This document shows positions 25,268-40,100 of a stretch of DNA of 64,000 nt, in pieces. Each line of letters starts with the position of its first letter. Position 1 is the first letter of the stretch. Source of the DNA: Azolla caroliniana (taxonomy: Eukaryota; Plantae; Polypodiophyta); contig JBHGNT010000017.1 in the NCBI GenBank assembly GCA_043228905.1, positions 7,936,001 through 8,000,000 on the forward strand. The letters are read 5' to 3'. Both the position numbers and the translations under genes were made by a program. The notes under the pieces are model-generated. The model saw nothing but the letters and a program-made list of their open reading frames with translations. It was not told where the DNA came from and did not search any database.

Positions 25268-28200
25268 TGTTGAGAGAGCAAGCTCAACCGGATCCGGATC
25301 GGTATCCGAAACGGAGAACCAGATCGGTGTCCGGATGATATCCGAAATTAGGAGCCGGATCGGAGAGCCGAACCGGATTGAATCCGGTAGGCCATTAGAG
25401 GCCTACGAATCCAGCCTAGTATGTAGGCATATTTTTGGGAGTTAGTGTCAATCACTCGTATGAGCATTGAAGTACCTGTCAGTACTCCTATCAGTCCTTT
25501 ATGGACTTGTATAAAAGTGCTCTCTGAGCTCATTCTATGTACAGAATATTGAGATTTTTTTTTCATAGAGTTTATGTTCTCTCTCTCTCTCTCATGTGTA
25601 CGAGTACTCTCTCTATGTGTTAACTTTTATTCTCATCTTCTATTGCTATCCAGCTGAGCCGATTTGTCAAATGCTTCCACACATTTACTTTGACATGGAA
25701 TCAGAGCGCGAGGGTTGAGAACATCTACAACTGACAAACGCTTTCGAAGATAAACCCCAATACCTGGTAAGGACAAACAGAGAAAGATATGGACATAGGT
25801 ATGGCGAGTTCACTACTCACAAAGAAGCTTGACTAGAACAACTATGCATCCTGGTCATATAAATTGCACTAGTACCTGTTGGGGCATGGATATTGGAGCT
25901 ACGTGGAAGGAACCAACGAGGCAGCGCCGAAGCCGGCACATAAGGACTTCCTGGCATGGGAGCAAGGGGCGAGCCGAGTATTGTACTGCCTCGCGTTTAG
26001 TGTGCATGATCAGATGCTCAGCTACATCAAAGATGCAAAAACGCCAAAGGAGGCCTAGGAAAATCTCTAGAAGATTTTCGCCGCTAGTACCATGACACAA
26101 TAGTTGCAGCTCTAACAAGAGCTCAACAATATCTGACAGAGGGATATGTCCGTGACTGACTACACCACCAAGATAAAGGAGATTTGTGACGCGCTCGAGT
26201 CCATCAACGTGACGGTGGATGAAGACGAGATGGTTCAAATCTGCCTCGGTGGTCTAGCACAACGGTACGGGCCAATCCGGATGGCGATCTGCATGCGGGA
26301 GAAGCCACCACCCTTCTTCTACTTACAATCCATGTTGACGGTCGAAGAAAACCACGAGAGTGGGTCAAGGACCACTCAATCAGACAGATGGATGTTGTAC
26401 ACAGAGGCAGATCGACCCCATGGGCGTGGAGGACAAGGTGGGTCCGCATGCAATGGAGGCGGCCGGCAAGAGCAGGACCGAAGGCACAGCGGTAGTGCTG
26501 ACAACAGTTCCGGACCCTGCACAAGCAAAGGGAGTCAAAGCGGCGCCAGAAACCAGCAAAGAAAAGCCAACACGGAATGTTGGTACTATGGCAGAAAGGG
26601 CCACAGAGAAAGCGAGTGCTGGAAGAAGCGTCCTGATTCAGATAAATGCGACTCCGGCAAGGCCGGATAAGGGAACCGGTAAAGCTCGCACTATGCAGAA
26701 GGATAAGAAGGATCCGGAATCGGGAAGACCGGAAAAGGGCCAGTCTTCGTGATAAAGCACAAGGCGAACTCGATGAAGAAGACTACTTCCAAATCGGAGG
26801 AAGTATGGTACGTTGATTCCGGAGCATCCAACCACATGACGAGCCATGAAGAGTGGTTCTTGTTTTTGGAGAAACCGGAACAACTGGGGATTGTCGAAAC
26901 CGGAGACGGCACCCCTCACCCGATTGTGCATGTTGGAGAAGTCCCTTTAAGCCATGTCAGACAAAAGAGGAAGTTGATGAACGTACTACACGTTCCGACT
27001 ATCACAAAGAACCTGGTCTCGGTTGGACAAATCGTCGACCAGGGGATGCAGGTGCGGTGTACGCACATCAAGTGCTTCATCGAGGAAGCAAGCTGCATAA
27101 TTGCGCAAGGGCGTAGAGAAGGGAGGATGTTCATCCTCAACACTAATGACGTCGGCACCGCCATGTTTGCCAAAGGACAGAAGATTGAATCTGACATTGA
27201 TCTCTGGCACAAGCGGATCGGCCACGTCAATTACCAGAGGCTTCAGGACATGCAATTAAAATAGGTTGTCTTTAGTTTGTCGAAATTCAGTGGCTGGAAG
27301 GCCCAAATTTGTGAAGCCTGCTAACTCGGGAAGCAACACCGGCTTCTATTCCCCACCGAACGAAATTGGAGTTGTAACAAGCTCGACTTAATCCATTCGG
27401 ATGTATGGGGACTGGCACAAAACGTTAGTCTTGGTGGGTGTCGATATTTCATCTCCTTCATCGATGACTACAGCCGACACACGTGGATCTACCTCATCGA
27501 GATGAAAATTGAAGTCTGCAACTGATTCCAAAAGGGAAACAGAGAGGAAGATAAAGGACCTGCGGTTGGAGGGAAGAAAAGAATACTTTGTCGGCCAATT
27601 CCATAGTCATCTACAGCAGAAGGGAATTCAGAGAGAATTCAGCTATAGGTACACACCGGAAAGAAAGTAAGAACTGGTCGATTGTTGATGCGGCAAGGGT
27701 GATGATGGAGGGAAGAGCCTACCCAAATTTTACTAGTTGAGGCGATCCGGACGGCCGTCTACTTCCAAAACCGGATCAGAGAGAAGGTGTCTGCACACGA
27801 GTTGTGCAAGCCGAATTTGAGGCACCTTCGGATATTCGGTAGCATAACATATGTGCATGTACCGGATAAGAAGTGGAAGAAGCTAGATCCGAAGTCCGAG
27901 AAGTGCATCCTAGCCGGTTACTTGCATGAGCAGAAGGGGTACAAGTGTTATAACCCCCGGTTTAAGCAGGTCTGAGTAAGCCGAGATGTCGAGTTTGATG
28001 AGACGGGATCATGGTACTCTCTACCGACTCTGACCCGATTCCAGAAGATGAGGCTGGTGAGCCCGAAGAGGTCAACGTAGAAGATGAAGACTTCAGCACT
28101 CTAGAAGAGAGTCCGATCTCATTCCGACTAAGTGGGCCGAATGAGCGGCTGAGTCAGGATGACCATTCGGGTGAAGAACCGGTGAGTAGTGAAGACTTTG

Positions 28201-30970
28201 CCGTGTTGTCCCCATGCAAGGAACCGAGGAGACGGTTCACGAGCAAAGAGAGGGGGAAGAAGAAGATGTTGGAATACGATACTGGCAGTGACGGGTCGGA
28301 TCGAAGCGAATCTGACCTCAAAAAGGGAGACGGTGGATCGTCAGAAATGATGTCCGAACCGGCCAAGAAGGGCCTCAAACTGGGTAATGACAAGTTACAC
28401 CGGTCAACCCGCCAGAATAACCCTATCCAGAGGTACAGGTACAATGAGTACATGGTGCATCACTATGCGTACATGACTACGTAGAAGCAACGAAAGACGC
28501 AAATTAGCGTGCTGTTATGGAGGAAAAAATGTGGCCAATGACACATGGGACCTGGTTGACCCTCCCCGACTATGTAAACCGATCGGTTGCAAATGGGTAT
28601 ATAGGGTGTAGTACAATGCCGATGGTTCAGTCAACCGGTACAAGGCCCGGTTAGTGGCGAAGGGATACGCACAAACCCACGGAATCGACTACGATGAGAC
28701 CTTCACTCCAGTAGCGAAGATGACGACGGTTCGTGTGGTACTAGTTGCTGCTGCAGCAATGACATCCTCACCAAATGGACGTGAAGAATGCATTTCTTTA
28801 AGGTGATCTTGAAGAACGGGTCTATATGATCCAACCCCCCAAATTCCAATCGGAGATGAACAAGTCGGTAGTATGCCGACTCAAGAAGTAGTTTTACAGT
28901 CTGAACCAAGCCCCTTTAGCTTGGAATGCAAAGATCACACACCGATTGTGTAAGATGGGCTTTGCAGCCTCAAAGTCCGACACTTCCTTGTTCATCCGGA
29001 CGGTCTGGTGTGCATTTTTCTTTATGTAGATGATTTAGTCATCACCAAACCCAGACTCGATGCAATCAATTGAGTCAAATCCCAGCTGTCGGACGCATTT
29101 GAAATGAAGGGCCTGGGGAACCTTCATTATTTTCTTGGGATAGAGGTGATCTGGAGCCTCGACAACATATTGCTCTCACAAAGACAGTATGTGCTAAATA
29201 TGTTGTACAAGTTCGGCATGACGGAATGCCGATCAATCTACACACCCCTGGACCGGAACCAGAAGCTTTGTCCCGACTCCGGACCGGCTTGCGATGAGAA
29301 ACAGTTCCAACAAATTGTTGGGAGCCTTACATACCTGATGATCACCCGACCTGACATCAGTTATCCAGTCAGGGTGATCAACCATTTCATGCAGAAGCCT
29401 GACTCCGGTATGTTAGTGGCACGAAGGACCAGAGATTGTTATACCGACACAGTATAGTCGGGAAATTGGTCGGATATATCGATGTCGACTGGGCTGGTGA
29501 TGTATCGGATCACCGATCCACCTCCAATTTCATATTTTCTCTAGGTAGCGCGACTATTGCATGGAGCAACAAAAAGCAGCAAAAAGCAACCGACAGTGGC
29601 TCTGTCAAGCATTGAGGCTGAATATTGGGGCGCTACCAATGCCACATTGGAAGCCATTTGGCTTCGGTGACTACTTCGTGACCTCCGAATCAAGGTACCG
29701 ACCTCGATCCTGATCTGCTGTGACAACATGAGCAACATTCAACTCGCCAAGAACCCTGTATTCCATGCTCGGACAAAGCACATAGAAGTGCATTATCACT
29801 TAGTGAGTGAGCGGGTCTTGAGCGGTGAAGTTGAACTTCAGTATGTTCAGACAGATCTGCAAATCGCCGATATCTTCATCAAACTGCTCGGATCAGACAA
29901 GTTGCAACACTTAACCGAAATGCTTGATGTTCAACATCTCGACATGCCGTACTTGAGGGGGAGAATAGGAATGGGAACAGATGGCACCGGACAAGGAACC
30001 AGAGACGAACAAAGAACAAAGGGGGGGAGATAAGCAGAAAAAGGAAGCCGAGTCAACCGAAGGAGTCGGCACATCCGAACAAGTTGGAGCAAACGGCAGT
30101 GGTGGCAAAGTCAAGAAGGACAAAGCCGACCGGAATAAGGCCAAGATCCGAACGTGGTCCGATGTGGAGAAGGGCCTAAAAACGGAAGACGAGTTGGAGA
30201 CTACCAACTCGGACAAGAACTGGAACGAATCGGAGACAGCCGGTTCGGTTCAATAGATGGATTCGGAAGAGCCACATCTACTAAAGTCCAAGCGGACACA
30301 GACGCCAACACGGAGGAGCCGATGGATCGACAAGCATCAGAGTCATAGCAGTGAGCGAGCTGAAATGGGCCTGTTGAGAAGACAAGTTGACCGAGGAGGT
30401 CGGGGTGCACGGAACTAGAAGGGTCGCGGGAAGCAGAACCAGACCGGATGAGGAGTGCGAGCAAGGCGGGAGGATGCCAGAAGGAGTCGGGCGAAAGAAC
30501 CGGCTACCACAAAAACTGACACCACAATCCGACCTAAGCTGAGCTTGAGGGGGAGTGTTCAACGAGCAAGATCAACCGGATTCGGAACGGAGAACCGGAT
30601 CAGTGTTAGGATGATATCCGGAACCAGGAGGCGAATCGGAGAGCTGGATCGGATTGAAACCCATAGACCGTTAGAGGCCTACGGATCTAGCCTAGTACGT
30701 AGGCATATTGTTGGGAGTTAGTGTCAGTCGCTCATATGAGCATTGAAGTACCTGTCAATAGTCCTGTCAGTCCTTTATGGACTTGTATAAAAGTTCTCTC
30801 TGAGCACATTCTATGTACAGAATATTGAGAGTATTTTTTGAATAGAGTTTACGTTCTATCTCTCTCTCATGTGTATGCGTACTCTCTGTGTGTGATAACT
30901 TTTATTCTCATCTTCTATTGCTATCCGGCTGAGCCGGTTTGTCGAACGCTTCTGCACGTTTACTTTGACA
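25268..30970 (+). mobile_element. Copia element C3, full-length and decayed
   Basis: LTRs 25268-25695 and 30556-30970. PBS TGGAATCAGAGC at 25696 and PPT at 30545-30555. TSD CGGAT/CAGAT. Gag from 25801, WYVDSGASNHM, LWHKRIGH, FLYVDD and ARTKHIEVHYH, with many stops and frameshifts. Confidence 0.93.
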
Positions 30971-33900
30971 CAGATACTAGCTGGTCCATATCCGGATACG
31001 TCATGACATATGCAGGGGGAGCCGTATCATGGCAGTCGAGGCTGCAGAAGTCCGTTGGACTGTCAACAATGGAAGCGGAGTACATGGCAGTTGTGGATGG
31101 ACTTCATCGGAGAGCTAGGGATTCGATAGGAAGAATACAGGCTCTACTGCGACAATCAAAGTGCCATCCACCTTGCAAAGAACGCGGCCTACCATTCCCA
31201 GACCAAGTACATCCAGAGAAGATATCATTGGCTCTAGGAGAAGATAGAAGATGAACACTTCGCGCTGCCAAAGATCCATACGGAGGATAATGGGTTGGAT
31301 ATGTTGACGAAGGTGCTGCCAGCCGACAAATTGGACACGTGCCGAAGACGGATCGGACTAACGAGAAATCCTATGCCGGAGTGAAGGGGGAGTTTCTTGG
31401 GAATTTGGTCCCTCCGGATGGGATCCAAATGAGATCTAGAGGAGCCGAATCGGACGAGCTGAAGGAAGGAACCGGACCGGATGCAACAATTGGACCGGAA
31501 TAGAAGGTATCTGGATGGATCCGGTGTGAACCGGATCCAGGGACATCTGCAAATATGTTTCTGGTGTGCCTGTAAAGGCTATATTTGTAAATAGTCTTCA
31601 AGTCATATAAGTATAAATATGACTTAGGGCAATCACTTTGAAAAAGTTGTTAATGTTGTTGTTGTTGTTGTTGTTGTTAGTTGTATCATAGTAGTACAGA
31701 GCTCGAGGTCGTTTCCTTTGAGTCTCCTATTGTACCTCCTTTCTTGTATAGTGATAGTTGGAGTCTGTGGGTTCCCATGGTTTTTCCCTATCAGGGCTTT
31801 CCACGTAAACATCCTGTGTCATCTCTTCTGTGTAAGTGTACGAACTTCCATTTCTATTTTGTTCTTTCATAAAGTGTTTGAGTCTCGGTTGTGGCCGAGT
31901 GCTATTCTGCACAAGAAATCTTAAGAAGATTTTCGCCGTGAGCACCATAGCCAGAAAGCTTCAACTCATAAAGGAGTTGAGCAACGTCCGACAAAGAGAC
32001 ATGTCGGTGGCTGACTACACCTTCAAGATCAAGGAGATCTGTGACTCCCTTGCCTCCGTCAACATGAATGTCGAGGAGGACGAAACGGTGCAAGTTTGCC
32101 TCTTAGGGTTGGTGTCAAAGTTTGGGGCATTCTGAACGGCAATCTACATGAGGGAGAGTACGCCTTCGTTTTTCGAGATACAATGGATATTGCTCATAGA
32201 AGAAAACCAATCGGGTGGATCGATGAGAATGCACACCGACAACAAGATGTTGTACACGGATATGGATCAGCCCCGTGGTCATGGTGGATGAGGCGAGTCT
32301 TCGTGTAATGGAAGCAGCCGATGGGAGCAGAACTCGAGGCATAATTGAAATGCCGACAACAGTTCCAAACCCTCCACGGGTAGGGGGAGTCGAGGTGACG
32401 CCGGAGGTCATAAAGGAAAGACTGTGTCAAACTGTTATTGTGGTCGGAAGGGCCAAGAGAGAGAAAGAGTGCTCGAAAAAGTGAACCAATTCAGACAAGG
32501 CTGGATCGAGCTAAGGGGACGTAGATAGGATTCAAAGATCACACTACGCCGAGGGTTCGGGAGGAGCTGGAAATGGATTAGGCCCAACCTTCATGATGAA
32601 GCACAAAGCCAACTCAATGGCGGTGAACACCTCAAGGTCGAACGAGGTGTGGTATGTGGATTCGGGCGCATCGAACCACATGATGAATCACAAGGAATGG
32701 TTCTCGACTCTGGAAAGGCAGGAGCAGCAAGGGGTCATCGCAACTGGTGATGACACCCCTCACCCCATCAAACACATTGGAGATGTCCCTTTGAGCCATG
32801 TCGGCCAGAAAGGAATCGTGAGGAATGTCTTGCATGTGATGACAATCACCAAGAACTTGGTGTCAGTCGGACAAATTGTTGACTAGATCATGCAAGTTCG
32901 ATTTACTCATCTTGGGTGCTTCATCAAAGAAGAAGGTAAGATCATCGCAGAAGGGTGCCAAGAAGGGAGGATTTTCATCCTCGAAACAAATGACATCGGC
33001 ACCACTATGTTCGCCAAGGGGAAAAAAGTTGAATCAAACATCGACTTGTGGCACAAGAGGTTCAGCCACGTCAACTTCCTGCGGTTTCAAGAGAAGCAGA
33101 TGAAAAACATCGCTTTCGGCTTGCTGAAATTCAATGGGCGAAAGGGCCAAGTCTGCGAAGCCTGCAGATTTCTTTCATTTGGGACTTTCATTCCCAAATG
33201 AAAGAAATCGGAGCTAAAAGAATCTTCATTAAATCCATTCGGATGTAAGGGGACCGAGTAGAACATGAGTACTGGTGGAAGTCATCACTTTGTAACCTTC
33301 ATCGATGGCTACACCCGGCACAGTTGGGTGTGCTTGATCAAGAACAAAAGCGAAGTATTCTCTTGAAGGTGAAAATCCTTGCCGAATAGGAGACAAAACG
33401 AAAGATGAAGTGCCTAAGGTCCGATGGCGGGAAAGAGTACTTTTCTGACCAGTTCTCTAGCTATCTATAAAAGGAAGAAATTCGACACGAATTCTCCTGC
33501 AGATACACACCGCAGCAGAACGGCATGGCCGAGAGGAAGAATCAGATAATCAAAGAAGCGGCCAAGACAATGCTTGAGGAGAAGTATATGCCAAAATTCT
33601 ACTGGGACGAAGCTGTAAGGATGAAGTTATACCTGCAGAATCAGACTTCTGCAAATGGCGGAGTGTCGCCACACGAGCTGTACTCCGAGAAGAAGCCGAA
33701 TTTGGCACACTTGAGGGTATTCGGTAGCATTGCTTATGTGCATGTGCCGAAGGAAAAACGGAGGAAGTTAGATGTGAAAGTCGAGAAGTGTATCTTGGTC
33801 GGCTACTCGGATGAGGAAAAGGGTTATAAGTGCTATAACCCCTGAACGAAAAAGGTCTGAGTAAGCGGGGATGTCGTTTTCAACGAGTCGGCTTCGTGGT

Positions 33901-36074
33901 ACTTGCCTTCACTTCCCATCCCCATCCACTCCATTCCGAATTCTGAGGATGAGGCCAGTGAGACCGAGATGCCCCTTGAGGAAGAGGAGATCGGAACTCT
34001 AGAAGACAGTCCGATCTCATTTCGGCTAAATGAGCCGAATGAGAGAATGAGTCTAATGGACCAGTCGAAAGAAGATCTAGAGAGTAGTGGAGAGTTAGTC
34101 GTGCAGTCCCCGCACTAGAAAACGAGGAGATGGTTTACGCGCAAGGAGAAGGGGAAGATGAAGATGTTGGAATATGATAGTGAGGCCGGCACATCGGATC
34201 GAAGCGAATTCGATGTGGGACCTTCGAAGGCGAGGTCAAAGTCCGCCGAGAGGACCACGAAATCGGCGAACCAGAAATTATGCAGATCCACCCGCCAGAA
34301 GAATCTCGTAATTCGGTACGACTATAATGAGTATATGGCGCAACATTATGCATATATGGCAAAGGTGGCAAATGTGCGTGAATTCGAGAACTACGCAGAA
34401 GCGGCGAAGGACGCAAATTAGCGTTCCGTTATGGAGGAAGAGATGTGTGAGCTAAAGGAGAACGAGACTTGGGACTTGGTTGACACCCCCAAGGGTGTGA
34501 ATGCGATCGGATGCAGGTGGGTATACAAGGTCAAGTACAACGCCAACAACTTGTTCAACGATATAAAGCCTTATTAGTGGCAAAGGGCTAGATGTAGAAA
34601 CACGACATCTATTACGATGAGACCTTCGCTCCGGTCGTAAATATGATAACTCTTTGTGCATTGCTAGTCGAAGCAGTGGCAAAGGGGTGTCTCTTACATC
34701 AAATGGATGTAAACAACGTGTTCCTACAAGGCAATCTTGAGGAACAAGTGTACATGGTACAACCCCCCATATTTCTATCTCAACAAAACACCTCAGTAGT
34801 TTTCCAATTGAAGAAGTCGTTGTTTGGACCTAAACAAGCCCCGCCTGCTTGGAATGCAAAGATCCTGCAACGACAGTGTAAGATGAGGTTTGCTCCATAA
34901 ACATCAGACTCTTCATTGTCCATTCGTCCGAGCCAGACCGAACTTATTAGCATTTTGCCATATGTCATCGTTGGTGTCGACCTCAGAGAAATCAGCCGAG
35001 TAAGGTCTCAGCTTGCGGCATAATTCAAAATGAAGGATCTAGGGGACCTTCATTACTTCCTTAGAATCGAGGTGATCCAAACCCTTGAAGGCATATTGAT
35101 CAGCCAATGCCATTATGTGCTCAATAAGTTCGGGATGGCGTATTGTAAGTCTGCCTCAACCCCTCTGGATAGAAACCTGACGCTTCGCCAAAATTCGGGA
35201 ATGGCGTGCATCCCGACACGGTTTGCCGATATCTTTACCAAACCTCTTGGCCTAGACAAGTTGCGGCAACTCTCGGGCATGTTTGGCATACAACACCTCA
35301 ATATGCTAAACTTGAGGGGGAGGACTGAAACCAAAAAGGAGAGAGACGAAGTCCGAAAACCCGAATCGGATGAAGAATTAGATTTCGGTATGACTAAAGA
35401 AGTCAGAACGTCTAGATCGGTTGGAGAAGCGGAGGACACATGGACATGTGGAAGAAGATCGGCTAAGAAAAGAGTAGTCACATGCAAGGGGAGTGGCTGA
35501 AAGAGAAAGCCAAAGCCAAAACCAACCAAACCAAGGGGAGGTGAAGCCGAGAAGGGCAAGAAAGGCGGTAGAGTCAAAAAGGATAGAGCCGACCAAAAGA
35601 AGGCCAAGACCAAGACATGGGTAGATGTGGTAAAGGGCCTGAAGGAGGGCGAATCGGAGACAACCAATTCAGATGAGGGCTGGATTGAATCGGAACCAGT
35701 TGATTCGATTGTGGAAGGTGATTCAGACGAGCCGAACCGCACAAAGGCCAAGCGGATAAGAAGACAACTGAAGCTGACACCAAAATAGAGGAGCTTACGG
35801 GTCGAACGACGCCAATACCCCGACAAGGACGGAGCTGACAAGGGCCTTGGACGTAGACAAGCCGAGCATAAGTGTCAAGGTGCATAGAACCACATGAGTC
35901 AAGGAGTGCCAAATTGAACGGGTCGTGGGACGCAGGCCTGAACTGGACAAGGAGCACGAGCGAGACGTCGAGATGCTAGGAGAACCTGGAATGATGAACC
36001 AGCTAGAGCTGACACGGTGGGACCTCAAGTTGAGCTTGAGGGGGAGTCTTGAGAGACAGCTCAACGTGAACTGA

Positions 36075-36572
36075 TGTTAGCCAGTCAGGGTAGGCGTCGG
36101 TCAAGTACGAAGCGTCGGAATCGACAATGGTCGGAAAAGACAGAGTCGGAGTCGGATCGATGGGTTAGCAATTTTGCCGACTAAATAAAAAGTAATTACG
36201 AATATTAGAGTTAGTTAGAAGTTCTGTTAGTTTTTGCCAGCAAGGCAATATGTACTTCTTGATGAGTAAGTCTCTCGGGTTACCTATAAAAAGGGACCAA
36301 CAACATTGTAACAACATCGTCTATTTTGGAAGTTAATATAGTGGTTAGTTAGTAGGAAAGAGTTGTGTGCTGTTGTTCAGAATATTATTTCCATTCCCTA
36401 TTCTATACATTTATACATTAATCATAACTGTTTATACCAATTAGTCGATCACGATACAAGTCAACTGTATCATTAGTCTACGTAGGCGTAATTTAGTATT
36501 CCATTTGTACTCCACAGTTTCTTGATAGAATGTTCGACACCACTGGTTATCGGTCACAAGTGTCGATTGTCG
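36075..36572 (+). repeat. Solo LTR of another family inside the C1 3' LTR
   Basis: Starts TGTTAG, has CCTATAAAA at about 36283 and ends TTGTCG (CA>CG). Flanked by TSD ACTGA at 36070-36074 and 36573-36577. Confidence 0.75.
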
Positions 36573-37136
36573 ACTGAACAAGAGTTGAATCGGTCGAAGA
36601 AGCCGAGGGCTGAGAGTTGAGAGCCGAGAGCCAAATCGAATAGAGTTCGATTTTGGTGGGTCGAGTCGGATGACATCCGAAAAGGCCGTTGAGGGCCTAT
36701 ATTCCTATTATAGCAAATAGGAATATTGTAGGTAGAATTAGTGTCAGGCTCATTTATGAGCATTCAAGTACTGACGGTACTTGTGTCAACCCACTCGTCA
36801 AGGGCCTATATATAAAGTGCACTCTGAGCAGTGTTGTAAGTACTAAGTCTTTTTGTAATCGAAATATTGTTGTCTGCTCTACTCAGTCTCTCTCTCTCTC
36901 TCCCATTCTTTGTGTTTACCTAACTGTTGAGTTTCTAAAATGACTCTGTACTCAGTGTCTATCACACACGCTTCTGCACACATATTCTTTTACATTCTTT
37001 TTCTCTCTTCTTTGTAACTCTACACTTCGAGAGCTCTTTACAATGTTAGGTTTGGGCTTATATACTCAAGCCCTAACTAAAAGACGTGTTCACACTTAGG
37101 ATACAAAGTGGAAGGAGTCGGTATTTTATGCCAACA

Positions 37137-40100
37137 CATCTCTCTCTCTCTCTCCTCTCTCTCTCCTCTCTCTCTCCCCAACAACTCCTTGTCTCATTGT
37201 GGCCATATGCCATACCATCACATAACAAGTTCCACACATCACACACACACACACACACTATCTCTCTCCCTCCCTCCCTCCCTCCCTCCCTCCCTCTCTC
37301 TCTCTCTCCAACAAATCTATGTCTCATTGTCGTGTTGCCGTCGTCTGCCATGTTGTCGTGTTGTTGTATTGTCATCATTAGCTGTTGTCTGAGTTCTTGT
37401 ATGTACTATTGTAGAGTGCAACCTTGGTGGACCTTTGAGGTGTGTGCGTTTCACTTTGAATGTGTGCCTTCTTTGGTGGGTTCTTTCCGTGTGCTCATCG
37501 CGTGCTACGTAAGAACCGACGAAATGCTAATGTGAAAAACCATCACACCATAATACATTTCACGCATGAGCTCACTGACATCTACTGCCGACATGTTCAA
37601 GCACATCTCAGCTCTTTTGATTCTTCCTTGCCTTTAGAGAACCTCACTACAGAACTCACACACATCCTTCACTCAACAATAATTAGCAGCTTCCCATACA
37701 CGAAACACTCCAATCATAGTAGAATAGGGTCTATTCCACAGAACAAGTGGTATGATGAGGATTGTAGAGAGTTTTATAGACAACTTAAAGTGTCACAATT
37801 TAGTGCTACTATTTCCTCAGTAAAGGCTCACAAAGAGATGCGCAAGATGACACATCGTAAAAGACAAGATTGGGAAGCATCTCAATATTGGGAACTCTAC
37901 CATATGCTCATGAGTAGGGATTGCGCCCTTGCATGGAAGAGACTACGGGAACGGCGACCACAAACACCCATCGAGGATTCCAATGCCTTCCACACCCCGA
38001 CCTACCATGGGGACACTTTTCATGACCTCTAGGGTCACGAAGGTTATAAAAACATTACAACATAGGAAATCCATGAACCACATAGGATTGCGAGCCGAGC
38101 ACATCATATATGCTCGAGAGTGCCTAGCCCCCTTTCTCACTCTAATCTTCAACCGCGCCCTCGCCGAGGGTTTTCCACCACAATGGACCATGAACAAAGT
38201 GGCCCCTATACATAAAGGAGGGGATGCAATGGACCCAAATACATATAGGACCATTATGATAGGTCATACTCTTGTAAAACTATATGGTACAGTAATGGAA
38301 GCGGAGCTCAACGATTATTTGGAAACATTAAGTCTTCGAGCACCTGAGCAGGTTCACTTTAGAGGAGCCTTCACCACTATTGACCATATCTTCACACTTA
38401 GGTGCTTAATTGACCAGACGAAGGCTCATAAGAAGAAACTATATAGTTGCTTTGTGGACTTCCGCAAAGCCTTTGACACAGTTCCTAGGGAGAGGTTGTT
38501 TGATAGACGTAAGAGCTTGGAGATACCGAATGACATTATCTGGGCCATTTATGCCCTATATGAGCAAGTCTCTGAGTGCATAAGATGCGCAGGTGGCCTA
38601 TCTGATTGTCTCACTAGCACCATTGGTGTAAAACAGGGTTGCCCCCTATCACCGACTCTTTTTGGGATCTACATTGATGAGATCACTGATTTTATTGCTC
38701 ATAAGGGAGGCAAGTGAGTAGCTATTGGGGATACACTAGTTAGTCTCTTACTCTACGCAGACGACATTGTCTTGCTCTCAAAGTTGGAACACGACCTACA
38801 AAAGCATCTTAATGCCCTAGATGACTTTTGTACACAATGAGGGTTGGTAGTGAATCTAACAAAAAATAAAGTCCTTATCTTTCATACATCGTCCTGAGTT
38901 AGGAGTAAATGTCACCTAATCCTCTCTCATAAACTAGTTGAGGTAGTTGGATCATATGTACACTTGGGAGTCACTTTTAGTGCTCGCTCAAGTAAATTCT
39001 CGATGACCCAGGCAGCCAAAGATAGGCTAACGAGAGGGTATGCATCCCTGTCACTCTTAGAGAGACAATGCCACCAGGTATACATTCAAGAGCCACGGAC
39101 TAAGGGATGGCTCTTCAACTCATTAGTGACCCCTTCCCTCATATGTATGCATCAGTAGTATGGGCTCCAGGTCTACCATCTTTCATGTGGACACAATTAG
39201 AGAGACCTTTGGTGATGATGTTATCACGTCAACTCCAACGCAAATCGACAATAACACATGACATTATTAGAGCAGAGTTCAGTCTGCCCCCAATGTTAGT
39301 AGAAGCACTTTTTCAAGTGGTAGTTTTTATTCATCGGATACATAGTCAACCACAAGATAGGATATCCCATTGAGCCTTTGAGGCATCCCGATTCCTACAT
39401 GCGTCTGGAGACACTAGCTCTTGGTATAGCACTGTGGTGAGTTGGTTACTTGCAAACGACATAGACATTAATAACCTACCTCCCCTTAAATACAACCATG
39501 GGACTGATCAAACTCTAATCTCTCATGAAGACTGTAATAAAGTGATAAGCCAAGAAATATGGCAAATTTACACTCGATATAAATGGATCACCCTACGAGA
39601 GCCACTCCCATCTAAAATGTTGTACTATAAGGAACACTTCTTGCACTTCTCTAAGTTAGGTTTTATTACACGACCAAGATATCTAGATACATTCTTATCA
39701 AATGCACTAAGGGTGGCCATTGGACAACTTAGGATATCATCTCACCAACTTGAGATTGAGAATGGTCAGGCTAATAGAGTCCCTACAGAGGAAAGACTAT
39801 GTAGGTTATGCCACATAGAGATAGAGGATGAGTATCACTTCACATGTGAGTGCCCAACTTATGTCGAGATACAGGCGGAATACCAAGACATATTAGGACC
39901 CTGTCCCACCCTCTCCAAACTATTAGATACCCTGGATATAAAGAAAGTAGGTAGGTGTATCTTAGAGCTAAAACAACATAGGGAGAATAAATTACAAAGT
40001 GTTAACGATAACCCTTTTACTATTCATCAACATGTAACTAGTGTAATTTTTCAGGAACAAGGGGGGATGATGAATGTGGATACACTTACACCGCTCGGCC

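Larger units (their letters stand above)
18061..31913 (+). mobile_element. Copia element B2, decayed, inserted in C1 gag and hosting further insertions
   Basis: LTRs 18061-18576 and 31395-31913. TSD GGAAA/AGAAA. Degenerate PBS at 18580 and PPT at 31383-31392. Gag from 18601. RT LLYVDDML lies in ORF 24503-25273 and RNase H ends NPMPE* at about 31384. Confidence 0.9.
11593..36994 (+). mobile_element. Copia element C1, expanded to 25.4 kb by nested insertions; pieces at 11593-12078, 17823-18060 and 31919-36994
   Basis: 5' LTR 11593-12038 matches the 3' LTR (36047-36074 plus 36578-36994). Perfect TSD TTCTT at 11588-11592 and 36995-36999. Degenerate PBS at 12039. Gag …PKDAWG|NLKKIFA is continuous across B2. 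WYVDSGASNHM at about 32650, integrase and RT fragments, PPT at 36036-36046. Confidence 0.9.
2321..37136 (-). mobile_element. Copia element A (Tnt1-like), decayed and split by B1 and C1; pieces at 2321-4252, 9902-11592 and 37000-37136
   Basis: 5' LTR starts TGTTGGCA at 37136 and resumes at 11592-11469 across the TTCTT TSD. PBS TGGTATCAAAG at 11466-11456. Gag (IRKFDGKNYALWK) from 11353, protease WLLDSGATFH at about 10400, integrase (FVDDCTRKVW) at about 4140, RT (PCKWIFRYK, PYASAIG) at 2950-2321. The RT core including YVDD is deleted near 2740. Confidence 0.85.

Noticed and set aside
37073-37535. Cys-rich or hydrophobic ORFs as host membrane proteins
   Set aside because: They derive from (CT)n, (CA)n and (GTT)-rich leader sequence that is repeated at 40550.
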